The notes: generated from the sequence alone by a model not told the origin. Numbered from the stretch's first letter, positions 53,882 to 63,641 are shown. The stretch: DNA of 64,000 nt from Roseibacillus sp. (GCA_965242925.1 CBDEUM010000014.1:384001-448000), one strand, 5' to 3'. Numbers and translations are program-made.

Positions 53882-54478
53882 TTAACTCAGCCCCCGCAAC
53901 GCCTCCCGGATGAGATCTTCTGCCGCCATCTCCGGCTCACGTTCCAGAACCGCCTTAATCGCCTTCCGGGCATCCACCTGCTTGAACCCCAGAGCCAGGA
54001 GAGCCAGCTCGGCATCCCGTGCCGGGGCTCCGGCTTCGGCTCCAGCCCCCCCCACCTGCCACGTCTCCGTCACTCCCACCTTGTCCTTCAGCTCCAGCAC
54101 AATCCGTTCGGCGGTCTTCTTTCCCAGACCCTTTATTGCCGAGAGCCCCTTCACATCCCCCTCCACCACCGCCTGCTTGAAGCGCTCCACGGGGAGGCCG
54201 CTCAATACCGCCATGGCGATGGCCGGGCCAATCCCGCTCACCCGGTCCACCAGCAGCAGAAAGATGTCACGTTCCTCCGAAGTGGCAAAGCCGTAAAGGA
54301 TGTGGGCATTCTCCCGGACATGCAGATGGGTGAGGAGAGTGATCTCCCCGCCCTCCCGCGGATTCAACCGATCGAAGGACGAAATCGGCACGAAAACTTG
54401 ATATCCAACTCCGCCCGCATCCACGACCAAACGGCTGGGAAGAGCCTCTACCACCTCGCCTCGCAAACGTGCGATCAC
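53882..54478 (-). CDS. ruvA: Holliday junction branch migration protein RuvA
   Basis: GTG start IARLRG; GVGYQV, LYGF, VSGIGP, GLGKKTAERIVLEL. Confidence 0.96.
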   Translation of the reverse strand: MIARLRGEVVEALPSRLVVDAGGVGYQVFVPISSFDRLNPREGGEITLLTHLHVRENAHILYGFATSEERDIFLLLVDRVSGIGPAIAMAVLSGLPVERFKQAVVEGDVKGLSAIKGLGKKTAERIVLELKDKVGVTETWQVGGAGAEAGAPARDAELALLALGFKQVDARKAIKAVLEREPEMAAEDLIREALRGLS

Positions 54479-54658
54479 TTTAGCACTCTTAATCAAATAA
54501 TAAGCGTAATCCAAGTCCAAAACCCCTTAGAATAGGGAATAGTTGGATTATTTCCTAAGTTTATTGAATATTTTACTTGCATGGAATATGAAAAAAAAGT
54601 GAACTGATTTCTTTTTGGTGTCGCACTTGTTCCAACTTGCTGCTACGCTATCTTCGCT

Positions 54659-54967
54659 ATGGCTACCACGAAAAGAACGCGCTTCTCACGTCGACTCCCC
54701 GATCATGTTACCGATGAACTGGTGAACGTGCTCGGTGCGGACGACAAGTTCTTCGGTTTCAACGACCTGTTTGAACTCGTCTATGACCGGCTGAAAAAGC
54801 GCAACGCAGTGAGTGGTGGAGAAGAGATGCTCCGCCTCCGCGCCTATGAAAAGCTGCAAAACCTTGTCACTCGCGGCCTCGTCGAGAAGAGTGGGAAGGA
54901 ATACAAGGGCCTTGATCGTATCGAAGAGGCTCACAGCGAGAATATCGCGGCTCAGCAACAGGCGTGA
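54659..54967 (+). CDS. Small protein, probable winged-helix DNA-binding protein
   Basis: Arg-rich N-terminus, helices ending LQNLVTRGLVEKSGKEY; own promoter (TACGCT) and terminator. Confidence 0.75.
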   Translation: MATTKRTRFSRRLPDHVTDELVNVLGADDKFFGFNDLFELVYDRLKKRNAVSGGEEMLRLRAYEKLQNLVTRGLVEKSGKEYKGLDRIEEAHSENIAAQQQA

Positions 54968-55017
54968 GTTCGTAAAATCCGCAAATTCGTGCTGGTGAAG
55001 CCAGCACCCTGTCTTTT

Positions 55018-55056
55018 ACAAACCTGCGCCGCGCTTCGGTGCAGGTTTGTTTTTTT
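55018..55056 (+). terminator. Intrinsic terminator directly upstream of nuoA
   Basis: 14-bp stem ACAAACCTGCGCCG/CGGTGCAGGTTTGT followed by a T-run. Confidence 0.8.
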
Positions 55057-55064
55057 CGTCAGCC

Positions 55065-55436
55065 ATGCTCTCCGATTATCTTCCCGTCCTGATGCAGATC
55101 CTGGTCGCGATCGGCTTCTGTGCCTCCATGCTGACCGCCAGCGTCATTTTCGGGAAGCTCGGGCGCCCCTCCGGGGTGAAAAACGTTCCCTATGAGTGCG
55201 GCATGTTGCCCGTGGGCGAAGGAGCTCCCCGTTTCAGTGTGAAGTTCTACCTCGTGGCCATGCTTTTCGTGATCTTTGATATCGAAGTTGTCTTTATGTA
55301 CCCTTGGGCAGTCCAGTTCAAGGAACTGATCGCCACCAGTGCAATGGCCCTCCTCTCCATGGCCTGCTTTGTAGCGGTCCTGGGCGTGGCCTACCTCTAT
55401 GTCCTCAAGAAAGGCGCCCTGAACTGGAAGGCCTGA
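55065..55436 (+). CDS. nuoA: NADH-quinone oxidoreductase subunit A
   Basis: PYECG, RFSVKFYLVAMLFVIFDIEVVFMYPWA, KKGALNW. Confidence 0.96.
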   Translation: MLSDYLPVLMQILVAIGFCASMLTASVIFGKLGRPSGVKNVPYECGMLPVGEGAPRFSVKFYLVAMLFVIFDIEVVFMYPWAVQFKELIATSAMALLSMACFVAVLGVAYLYVLKKGALNWKA

Positions 55437-55437
55437 G

Positions 55438-55755
55438 ATGATCGCCCATCTTCTCCTCTACAAGCTCCGGCGCGATGTGGATGAGACCCGTCTCGAGGAA
55501 ATGGTGCGCTCGACGCGAAGCATTCTCCTCAAGATCCCCGAAGTCCTCCGTGTGCACTCGGGCCGCAATGTGGAGCAGGAATCAGAATGGGCCTTCTTCG
55601 TCTCCTTCGAGGTGGAAAGCCTCGACAAGCTTGGCATGGTTGAGGAGGACGCACGCTACCTGCGCTTCCTGCGGGATGTCATTGACCCGAACACCGACGC
55701 CCGACAGACCTTCAGCTTCGAGACCGATCCCTCCAAGGATCTGCGCTACTCGTAA
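55438..55755 (+). CDS. Dabb (stress-responsive alpha/beta barrel) family protein
   Basis: MIAHLLLYKL...IPEV...G.N pattern. Confidence 0.75.
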   Translation: MIAHLLLYKLRRDVDETRLEEMVRSTRSILLKIPEVLRVHSGRNVEQESEWAFFVSFEVESLDKLGMVEEDARYLRFLRDVIDPNTDARQTFSFETDPSKDLRYS

Positions 55756-55787
55756 TCGATCTCCCGGTGTTCGCTGGAAGAAGGCCC

Positions 55788-56972
55788 TCAGGACGCCAGC
55801 ATGAGTGCAACCGCCACCAGGGCGGCAGCTGACAAAACGACCAGAGATCCTCCCCCAAAGAGGAGGTCCAGCCAGTTGGCGCGGGGACGACGGGCAGAGC
55901 GGGACCTGGGAAAGACGATCGCGGCGTAAAGCATCCCGGCCACCAGGCCACCCCCGTGAGCGTAGTTGTCGATGAAGTTGTACCCGACGAAACCAACGAG
56001 GAAGGTGAGGACAAGAGCCGCGAAGAGGCGGCGGCGAGTCGGACGGGGGACGAGAAGAGGGTGGAGGGTCTCAAACACAAGGAGAAACCCAAGCAGCCCC
56101 AGCAATCCCCCGGAAGCACCCACCGAGTCTTGATCGGGGAGGAGCTGCGCGGTGGTCACTCCCCCGGCCACCATGGCGACAAGAAAAACAAGGGCAAGAT
56201 GCGGCCAGCCCGCCAGAGCCTCCACCCGCCGACCGATGTAGCACAGTCCCGCCGCATTAAGGGCCCAGTGCAGAGGATGTCCGTGAAGGAAGGGCGCCGT
56301 GAACAGGCGGTAGAACTCCCCGGACTTGTAGCGCGCCTTGTCCAATCCCGCCGCCTTCACCGAGTCATCCATTTCCACCCAGATCTGGACCGCACCCACC
56401 ACCACCAGAAGAACGATAATAATCCAGGTGCAGAGGCCGCGCTCCCTCCTCAGCCATCGCTCAAAACGGGCTTCCTGTTCCTCTTCCCCAAGGCGTTGCT
56501 CATTCAACTCCCAGGCGGACTTGCGGGCCTGCCTGGCATCGTACCAGGGAACGAGCCCTAAAATGATGAGAAGGATTCCAGCCAGGCCCACCTCGATGGA
56601 CTCGGTAGGCACGATGCGATTGGCCAAGTTCGCATAGAGAGCCCAGAGAAGAATTAGAGAGAATATGAGAGTGTTCCGCCTGGCATCAGACGCATCCACC
56701 TCCGCCACATCGACAAACCGCTGCCGAAGCGGTTCCAGCAAGTCCTTCACCGCTTCAGGGGGAACCATCCCCTCTCTCTGCGGAGTCCACACCGCTACAA
56801 CACTTTCCCGGCTGCCGCGCACATGAGCCCCCAACGCTTCGAGGCTCTCGAATTCGCACCGACGTCCCTTCCGCGAGAGTGCACCATAGGCGACATTCTC
56901 CGGCTTTTCCGGATAAATGTCCGGCGACGCCCAAGCCGGTTGTTCGGAAGTCTCGGTCACGCTACTGATCAT
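55788..56972 (-). CDS. Rhomboid intramembrane serine protease
   Basis: YRLFTAPFLH...HWALN, GASGG, DNYAHGGG. Confidence 0.9.
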   Translation of the reverse strand: MISSVTETSEQPAWASPDIYPEKPENVAYGALSRKGRRCEFESLEALGAHVRGSRESVVAVWTPQREGMVPPEAVKDLLEPLRQRFVDVAEVDASDARRNTLIFSLILLWALYANLANRIVPTESIEVGLAGILLIILGLVPWYDARQARKSAWELNEQRLGEEEQEARFERWLRRERGLCTWIIIVLLVVVGAVQIWVEMDDSVKAAGLDKARYKSGEFYRLFTAPFLHGHPLHWALNAAGLCYIGRRVEALAGWPHLALVFLVAMVAGGVTTAQLLPDQDSVGASGGLLGLLGFLLVFETLHPLLVPRPTRRRLFAALVLTFLVGFVGYNFIDNYAHGGGLVAGMLYAAIVFPRSRSARRPRANWLDLLFGGGSLVVLSAAALVAVALMLAS

Positions 56973-57022
56973 GCGGTCTTTTACCGCACACGCAATGAGA
57001 ACGCTGGATGACTGGCAACAGC

Positions 57023-57529
57023 CTACGGCTGTTCCGGTGCAGGTACCGGCGCGGGCTCTGGTACAGGTACCGGCGCGGGCTCTGGTGCAGGTGCAGGCTC
57101 GGGGATGGTTCCCGGAACCGGTTTCTCCGGCTTCACGCCCTCGAGGGCTCTCTTCAAAGCCTCGCTACGGGCATCGTCGCCATTCTGGTTGCCGGTCTCG
57201 GTTCCGCCTTCAGGATCGGCTTGCGGAACCTCGGGCGCCATGGCGGAATCCGTCGCAGGCGGTGGCGGGTCGACAATCCCCTTCTCGTAGTTTCGATTGG
57301 CAATAAGAATGGAGAGCACCAGGGCGAGAAGGAGGAAGGCGGTTCCAAAGTAGGCCGTTCCCTTCTGCAGCACGTTGGTGGTCTGCGCGCCGAACATCTG
57401 ATCGGTCATCCCGGATCCAAAAGCCGCCCCCAGACCCTCCTGCTTGGGACGCTGCATGAGCACCACGAGAATGAGCAGCGCACTCACCGTCACAAAAGCG
57501 ATGAGCATAAGGTTGATCAGGATATTCAT
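57023..57529 (-). CDS. secG: Preprotein translocase subunit SecG with a long Pro/Glu-rich tail
   Basis: VVLMQRPKQEGLGAAFG...LQKGT. Confidence 0.93.
   Translation of the reverse strand: MNILINLMLIAFVTVSALLILVVLMQRPKQEGLGAAFGSGMTDQMFGAQTTNVLQKGTAYFGTAFLLLALVLSILIANRNYEKGIVDPPPPATDSAMAPEVPQADPEGGTETGNQNGDDARSEALKRALEGVKPEKPVPGTIPEPAPAPEPAPVPVPEPAPVPAPEQP
57040..57087. repeat. 24-bp tandem duplication in the secG tail (PEPAPVP units)
   Basis: CAGGTACCGGCGCGGGCTCTGGT(A/G) twice. Confidence 0.85.
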
Positions 57530-57980
57530 GCAGACCAGAAAACGAGGGGGGCGGGACTATGGTAGCGCTTCTGCAGCTTGTAAAGCAAGTTCCAATAACT
57601 GCCTTTGTCTACTCCTAAGTCATTGATATTAAATTGGATAGGGATGACTAGAGCGAAGCCATCCGAACGCAAGGCCTCGCCGTGAAGCACTCTCCCTCCT
57701 TCCGCCCGGGATTCCTGAAACAACCAGTCGGAGGCGGGAAGAAGCGAGACGCCCTTTCCGGCACTCACCAGAAGAGATCACCCCGCGCCACCTGACCAAA
57801 AACACCGCTCCACACAATTCCGGAATCCACACCTCAAGGAGGATCCCGTTCAAACTAGATTATTTGTCTTTCGTAAATATCAGTTTTAACTGTAGAAATT
57901 CCTTCTTGAGCGAGGTGGCCGACATCAACACCAGAACACGTCTACGTAGCAATCCGGCCCGGGGCTTTCCCGGCAGAGGA

Positions 57981-58706
57981 ATGTTCTGCCCTCATTGCCG
58001 CGGGGAACTGGAGAAGGTGGTGGAGACCTGCCGGCGATGCGGGTTCAGCCTCAACGAGTGCCAGAAGTCATTTCCCTTCGTGGCTCCACCACTCACATTG
58101 ATCATCGATCCCTCACAATTTCTGCCTACCGGAATCGAGAAGGATCTGCACAAACCCTACCGGAAATTCCGCAAATGCACCCCCCAGGTGGACATTTGCT
58201 TCTGTTTTGTTCACCTGCAGGTGGAGAGCCCGCTCGAGGAGTTCGCCTTCTGGCTGCACAATACAGCCCCCGGAGCGGACCATGCCCGTGCCTGGCAGCT
58301 CCTCGTGGTCGGTGATCTCACCTCGGGCCGCCTGACCCTCACGGGTGGTTATGCCTTGGAACCCTTCCTCAAACAGGAACTCTGGGAGGCCGCGCTCCAG
58401 GAACTGGCCGCCTGCTTCAGCGACGAACAGTGGAAGGAGGGACTCCATGGATTCCTCACCGAAGCACGCAATCTCCTCACCGCCGCCTGGCAGGCGATCG
58501 AGGGGTGCCGCCAACCCAATCACCGCCCAAATCCTGCAAAATCCCAAGGCCTGCCGGAGGACCAGGAACCGGAACACCCGCAACGCGCGGGAAAACCCGA
58601 AGCCCCGCGATCGGAAGCCTTCCCTTCTGACACACGACCGGGATCCCTCCCGGCCTCCCTCCAAATGGAACGGGAAAGCCACCGGAAAGAATCCGCCACT
58701 CCCTGA
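57981..58706 (+). CDS. Zinc-ribbon plus TPM-like domain protein
   Basis: MFCPHC-x10-CRRC; LTLTGGYALEPFL resembles TPM GYGLE. Confidence 0.7.
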   Translation: MFCPHCRGELEKVVETCRRCGFSLNECQKSFPFVAPPLTLIIDPSQFLPTGIEKDLHKPYRKFRKCTPQVDICFCFVHLQVESPLEEFAFWLHNTAPGADHARAWQLLVVGDLTSGRLTLTGGYALEPFLKQELWEAALQELAACFSDEQWKEGLHGFLTEARNLLTAAWQAIEGCRQPNHRPNPAKSQGLPEDQEPEHPQRAGKPEAPRSEAFPSDTRPGSLPASLQMERESHRKESATP

Positions 58707-58716
58707 TCCTGATCCG

Positions 58717-59466
58717 ATGAACCTGCGGCTTCTCTGTTGCCTGTCCCTGCTCCTGCCAGGAGTGGCGACGGGCCAAGCCATTGACTTCCCGCACCCTCCA
58801 GCCGGTCAAGTGCTCGATGCCGGCGGCTGGCTGGGCGAGGAGCGCAGGTCCCGCCTTGAGGAAGAGCTGGGCCGCTATCGGGCAAGCCATGCTCTCGACG
58901 TTCTGGTGGTTCTGTGGGACCGTGGCCTTCCACCCGAAACCACCCTTGAGGGCCTGGCCAGACGGGTTGGGGAAACCTGGGCCCGCCATGACCTGTGGGC
59001 GGTCGTCCTGCACGTGCCCGATTCACTTCTGCGACCTGTCGTGGTCTTCGGGGGCCGCGCCAGCACGCACTACGAGGATGAAGACGCCGGCCTCGCACTA
59101 CACAATGCAGTTTCCCGCGGGATGAAGGAGCGTAACACGAGGGCTCAGGTGGAGGCCCTTGGCCTTGAGCTCGGAGAGGAATTCGTCTTCCTGAAAAACC
59201 GTGCTGCCCATAAACGCAGGCAGGTCATGCTGATCCACGACCAACAGCACCTCGTCAAGAACGAGCGCTCCCAGTCCATTATTTCCCGGATCTTCGTTGC
59301 CGCCATGCTCACTCTCCTTCCCGTCGGGGTGGTCGCCGTCATCCACGTTGTCAAACGGCGCCCATCTGACCTCCGCTTCCCCGAGACCCAATGGCGACGC
59401 CGGCTTGGGGCGACTTGGAGTGGCGGGAGCCGGATCGTTGTCTCTCTTCCTCCCCGCGTTTCATGA
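58717..59466 (+). CDS. Secreted/membrane TPM-domain protein
   Basis: Signal peptide; P...VLDAGGWL...LE..L; C-terminal TM. Confidence 0.7.
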   Translation: MNLRLLCCLSLLLPGVATGQAIDFPHPPAGQVLDAGGWLGEERRSRLEEELGRYRASHALDVLVVLWDRGLPPETTLEGLARRVGETWARHDLWAVVLHVPDSLLRPVVVFGGRASTHYEDEDAGLALHNAVSRGMKERNTRAQVEALGLELGEEFVFLKNRAAHKRRQVMLIHDQQHLVKNERSQSIISRIFVAAMLTLLPVGVVAVIHVVKRRPSDLRFPETQWRRRLGATWSGGSRIVVSLPPRVS

Positions 59467-60323
59467 AAGGGCCCTCTTGTCAGCTTTCTGCAGTGCTTTT
59501 CGCCGGGGTCTATCTGCTGGCACTGGGCGGCTGCGGAAAGACTGCCGGCCCGGACACCACCGATAAACAGGACGGCCCCGAGGTGGCTTACTTCTCTCCC
59601 CTCTCCGGAGAATCCTGGAAATACAAGGTCCAGAAGGAAATCCCCGTCGAACTCCGCCTCTCCGAGGCTGATGCCGTACTCCGACCACAACGCACTGATA
59701 CCGCTCACCTCATCACCTTTGAGCAGATCCGCACCTGCACAGGCGAGCGTGAAATCGAAGCCCTCGGGAAGACGCTGACCACCATCGCCATCTCCGAGAA
59801 CGGAAAGGTCATGGGCGAGGAGCTCTATCAGATCGGGCCGGAGGGAATCCTGAGCTGGGGCTGGATTCCGGCAAACGTGAAGGACGGGGAAGGGCACCTT
59901 CTAAAGGAAGGCGTGGCTATCGCCATCCCGGACATGCAGCCGGGGCAGAGCTGGGAGTGGCTGGGGAAGGATCCCGGCAACCCATTTCTCTTCCGGGTGA
60001 TCGAGCGAGGAATGGTCACCGTTCCGGCAGGAACCTTCCAGGCCACCCGCATTCAGATCACCAGCGAGAAAATATCCCCTCACCCCGTTACCGGTGACGA
60101 TCACGTCACCTACCTCAAACGCAGCCTTTGGTTTGCAAAAGAGGTTGGCGTGATCAAGGAGGACATCGTCTATTACGGCGAGCAACACGTGCGGGTGAGG
60201 CAGCGTTCCGAACTGGTCCACTGGGTCGTGCCTCCCGGGGAACCGCCCCCGAAGAGAGTCATGGTGAACACGGATGGCACAGCCCCTGACGCTCCCGAAG
60301 CAGAGGAACCCTCCACTCCGTAA
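59463..60323 (+). CDS. Hypothetical lipoprotein
   Basis: LGGC lipobox; VTVPAGTF...WFAKEVGVIK. Confidence 0.75.
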   Translation: MKGPSCQLSAVLFAGVYLLALGGCGKTAGPDTTDKQDGPEVAYFSPLSGESWKYKVQKEIPVELRLSEADAVLRPQRTDTAHLITFEQIRTCTGEREIEALGKTLTTIAISENGKVMGEELYQIGPEGILSWGWIPANVKDGEGHLLKEGVAIAIPDMQPGQSWEWLGKDPGNPFLFRVIERGMVTVPAGTFQATRIQITSEKISPHPVTGDDHVTYLKRSLWFAKEVGVIKEDIVYYGEQHVRVRQRSELVHWVVPPGEPPPKRVMVNTDGTAPDAPEAEEPSTP

Positions 60324-60373
60324 GCTGCCCGGGAGAAACACCCCCGCCCCGGCGAGCTGGAGGAAGGAAGCAG

Positions 60374-60721
60374 TTAACCACTGGCCTGAATCACGTTGTT
60401 CGCTTTATCAAGAACGAGCTTGCGTGCTTCCTCCGGTTCCTCACTCAGCCCAAAGGCCATGATGGTTACCAGTTCCCCTTTTCCGATCAGGTGGGCAGCT
60501 CCCCCATTGATGATGATCTTTCGGGTTCCAGCCGGGCCCACCTGGACATATGTCTCCAGCCGGGCTCCAGTGGTGATGGAGGCTACCAGGACCTTCTCGC
60601 CCGACCAGAGGCGGGCCTCCTCCACGAGGTCGGCCGGGATTTCGATACTCCCCTCGTAGTCCACGGAGGCCTCGCTGATCATGGCCCGATGAAGTTTGGA
60701 TTTGAGCACCTGCCGAAGCAT
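60374..60721 (-). CDS. panD: Aspartate 1-decarboxylase
   Basis: KSKLHRA...YEG/SI self-cleavage site, RLETYV, NGGAA. Confidence 0.96.
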   Translation of the reverse strand: MLRQVLKSKLHRAMISEASVDYEGSIEIPADLVEEARLWSGEKVLVASITTGARLETYVQVGPAGTRKIIINGGAAHLIGKGELVTIMAFGLSEEPEEARKLVLDKANNVIQASG

Positions 60722-60819
60722 GGCGGGAAGGAAACTGGCGTAGCCGCTCACGTCAAGACGCGAAAATCCGCGTGCATCCAGCCGGTTCTTGCCGCACCAT
60801 TCCTCTTCCCCGGCAAAAC

Positions 60820-61902
60820 ATGAGCCTTCGAATTCTCCTGATCCTGGTGATCCTGCTCCCCGTCTCCCTCCGTGCGGAGGAACCTGCGGAGCCTGCTCCT
60901 CCTTCCAGGCAAGTCGTTCTCAAGGCGCTGCAGTGGATGCAGTCGAGCACTCCACAGCGCCGTCAGGCGGCCTATCGCAGCGTTCACCTGCTGGGAAAAG
61001 AAGCGATCCCCTCCTTCCGCAAGGCCCTCCAGAAGGCCCGGCAATATCATGAGCGACGGCTCGCCGACGTCCTCAGCGGACGGAATCGCGGAGGCAATCC
61101 CTACGGCGAACTGGTGAGCGTTGTGGACGAACTGCGTCAGGAGCGTGCCCGCATCTACCCGCTCATGATGCGCGACTGGCAAAAGGACAAGCAGGAGATC
61201 GACAAGCTGCGCGCGGAGTGGGCCCGGCTCGACGGCCTCTACCAGAAAGCCTCCAGACTGGGGCAGGCGGATACCGCCTCCATCGACAAGCAGATTGATG
61301 AGATTACAGATGCCCTGGTGGAGATTCACGATCAACTCGCCCGGTTCGAGGGCCAGACCAAGGAAGAGGCGGAGGAAATCAGCGCCGAGGAGCGCCGGAA
61401 GGTGGCTCTTGAGGAAAGTTTTGACGGCAGCAGTTACATGAAAGCTGCCCAGGTCCTCGGAGCCATGCGCGCGGAAGTGGCCACCCTCACCTCTGCCAAC
61501 CAGCACAACAACACATCGAACTGGGCCAGCGCACCGCAGAAGAACTTCGCCAGGCTTATCAGTTACGAACGGGCGGTCCTCGGACTGCGCCCGCTCAAGC
61601 TGGAAGAAAAACTGAGCGCCGCCGCCAGCGGTCACTCCGCGGACATGGCGCAGATGGGATTTTTCTCCCACACTTCGCCCGTTTCCGGCAAAAAAAGTTT
61701 CACCGACCGGGCCCGCAGGGCAGGTTTCCGAGGTGGTCCATCCGGCGAGTGTATCGCGGCGGGCCAAGGCAGCTTTTCCTCCGCCTACGGATCCTGGTTC
61801 TACTCAGACGGACACCGCCACATCATGCTCGCCAAAGGGCCGAATGTGCTGGGCTTCGGTGCAGCCTCAAAGCACTGGACTCTCGTGACAGGGCGCCTGT
61901 AG
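60820..61902 (+). CDS. Secreted CAP (SCP) domain protein with N-terminal coiled coil
   Basis: ER...GL.PL..., HSADMAQMGFFSHTSP, GECIAAG, SDGHR..ML. Confidence 0.88.
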   Translation: MSLRILLILVILLPVSLRAEEPAEPAPPSRQVVLKALQWMQSSTPQRRQAAYRSVHLLGKEAIPSFRKALQKARQYHERRLADVLSGRNRGGNPYGELVSVVDELRQERARIYPLMMRDWQKDKQEIDKLRAEWARLDGLYQKASRLGQADTASIDKQIDEITDALVEIHDQLARFEGQTKEEAEEISAEERRKVALEESFDGSSYMKAAQVLGAMRAEVATLTSANQHNNTSNWASAPQKNFARLISYERAVLGLRPLKLEEKLSAAASGHSADMAQMGFFSHTSPVSGKKSFTDRARRAGFRGGPSGECIAAGQGSFSSAYGSWFYSDGHRHIMLAKGPNVLGFGAASKHWTLVTGRL

Positions 61903-61944
61903 CTACCGCAGCCCATTGCCGTGGAGGGACAAGGCCCCGGGGAA

Positions 61945-63549
61945 CTAGGAGATCTCCACCGCCAGCAGGCAGACGTCGTCGTCAAAGCGCTGGCTTTCCG
62001 CAAAGGAGAGAACGCGGTCAAGCACACGGTCAAGGAGGGCGTCCACTCCGATGCTCTCTCCTTCCGAAACAGCCTGTACCAGTCTGTTCTGAAGAAAGGC
62101 TTCCCCCTCACGGTTCTCCACTTCAATAATCCCGTCAGTGAAAAGCATGAGCTGCTTGATCTGGCTCAGCTTGAAGGTCCGGGTTTCATACTCGGCCTCC
62201 GGAAAGAGCCCCAACGCCGCGCCCTTGCCGCGCCCCCCCATGGGCAACACGCTTGTCCCCTCCTCGCCGCGCATGATTGGGGCGGGATGTCCTGCGCTGG
62301 CATAGCGTAGTTCCCCGTTTTCGAGATCAATCACCGCCAGAAAGGCGGTCGCGAACATGGTCATCTCCGCCTTGAGCAGAATGGCCGCCAGTCCGCTGTT
62401 GAGCTGCCCGAGAAACTCCCCGGGATCCTCTGCCACCTGGTGAATCCGTTCCGCCAGCCCCCGCAGCATGGACACGATGATGGCCGACCTTACCCCGTGA
62501 CCCATCACATCGCAGATAAAGAGGCCGGCTGCATGATCCCCGATGGGAAACACCTCGAAGAAATCGCCCGCCAATCCGGAGATCGGGATGTAGCGGTGCC
62601 CGAACTGCAGGCGTCCTCCGCTTTTACCCCCACTGGAAACCACGGGATACTCGTGCGGCAGGAGAGCCTGCTGGACCTCCCGCGCTAGGGCCAGTTCCTC
62701 TTCGATCTCGTCGTTGCGCTGCTGCAGGGCCGCCGCGGCCTCAGCCAGGGACTGCTGGGTCCGCACCAGTTCAGATACGTCACTGGAAACTCCGAAGGTT
62801 CCTATGATTTCCCCTATCCGGTCGACCAGGGGCATCTTGGTGGTCAGAACCCAGGCTTCAGTCCCCCGGGCCGTCGTCTCCTTCTCGACATAACCAAGAA
62901 TCGGCTGCCCGGTGTCGATGATTTGCTGCTCATCGCGCAAGGCTTCGTCCGCATGATCCTCCCGAAAGAGGTCGTGGTCGCTCTTGCCGATGACGTCCTC
63001 GGGGCTCCCAAAGCCGTTCCACTTCGCCATCGACTTGTTGACCAGGGTGAACTTCGAGTCGCGATCCTTGAAATAGATGTTAAGAGGAACGTTTTCAATG
63101 AGCAACCGCATGAGGTGGCGCTCTTCCAGGAGCTCCTGCTCCACCAGCTTCCGCGGCGTAATATTGATCATTGACCCCGCCATCCGCACTGCCTGGCCCT
63201 CCCTGTCACGAACCACCACCCCGCGGATGCGAAACCAATGCCAGGCACCCTCGCCCTTTGTCACCTGGATACGGGGTTCCACGGCCAGGAGATTATCGGC
63301 GCCCGGCTGCAGAATCTCCCGGAGCCGCTCTATGAAACTGTCCCGGTCATCCTCGTGAATCAGGTCAACCTCATGAAAAAGGTGGGGCATCTCTTCTCGC
63401 CTGCGCCCGAGGAACCGCAGAATCCGCCCCGAGTAGTGGATCTCGTCCGTCGTAATATTCCAGTCCCAGATGCCCTCGTTTGACGCACGCAGCGCCAGCT
63501 CCAGACGATCATCCATCCGATAGGGCATCCCATCGATATTAAAGCGCAA
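61945..63549 (-). CDS. PAS-PAS-SpoIIE (RsbU-like) PP2C phosphatase
   Basis: Two PAS/PAC domains; GDFF, DVMGHG, AGHP, FTDG, DDVC; alternative ATG at 63528. Confidence 0.93.
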   Translation of the reverse strand: MRFNIDGMPYRMDDRLELALRASNEGIWDWNITTDEIHYSGRILRFLGRRREEMPHLFHEVDLIHEDDRDSFIERLREILQPGADNLLAVEPRIQVTKGEGAWHWFRIRGVVVRDREGQAVRMAGSMINITPRKLVEQELLEERHLMRLLIENVPLNIYFKDRDSKFTLVNKSMAKWNGFGSPEDVIGKSDHDLFREDHADEALRDEQQIIDTGQPILGYVEKETTARGTEAWVLTTKMPLVDRIGEIIGTFGVSSDVSELVRTQQSLAEAAAALQQRNDEIEEELALAREVQQALLPHEYPVVSSGGKSGGRLQFGHRYIPISGLAGDFFEVFPIGDHAAGLFICDVMGHGVRSAIIVSMLRGLAERIHQVAEDPGEFLGQLNSGLAAILLKAEMTMFATAFLAVIDLENGELRYASAGHPAPIMRGEEGTSVLPMGGRGKGAALGLFPEAEYETRTFKLSQIKQLMLFTDGIIEVENREGEAFLQNRLVQAVSEGESIGVDALLDRVLDRVLSFAESQRFDDDVCLLAVEIS

Positions 63550-63641
63550 TCTGCCGTCAAGCTCAACCCCTTGTTCGCATCCTCCCCGAGAATTTACGCT
63601 GTCTCCCCAGCATGATCCAAGCTATATAGGGCGCCAACGCC

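Noticed and set aside
57800..57830. lac-operator-like GGAATTGTGTGGAGCGG on the minus strand (vector contamination?)
   Set aside because: Only a partial match with no flanking vector sequence.
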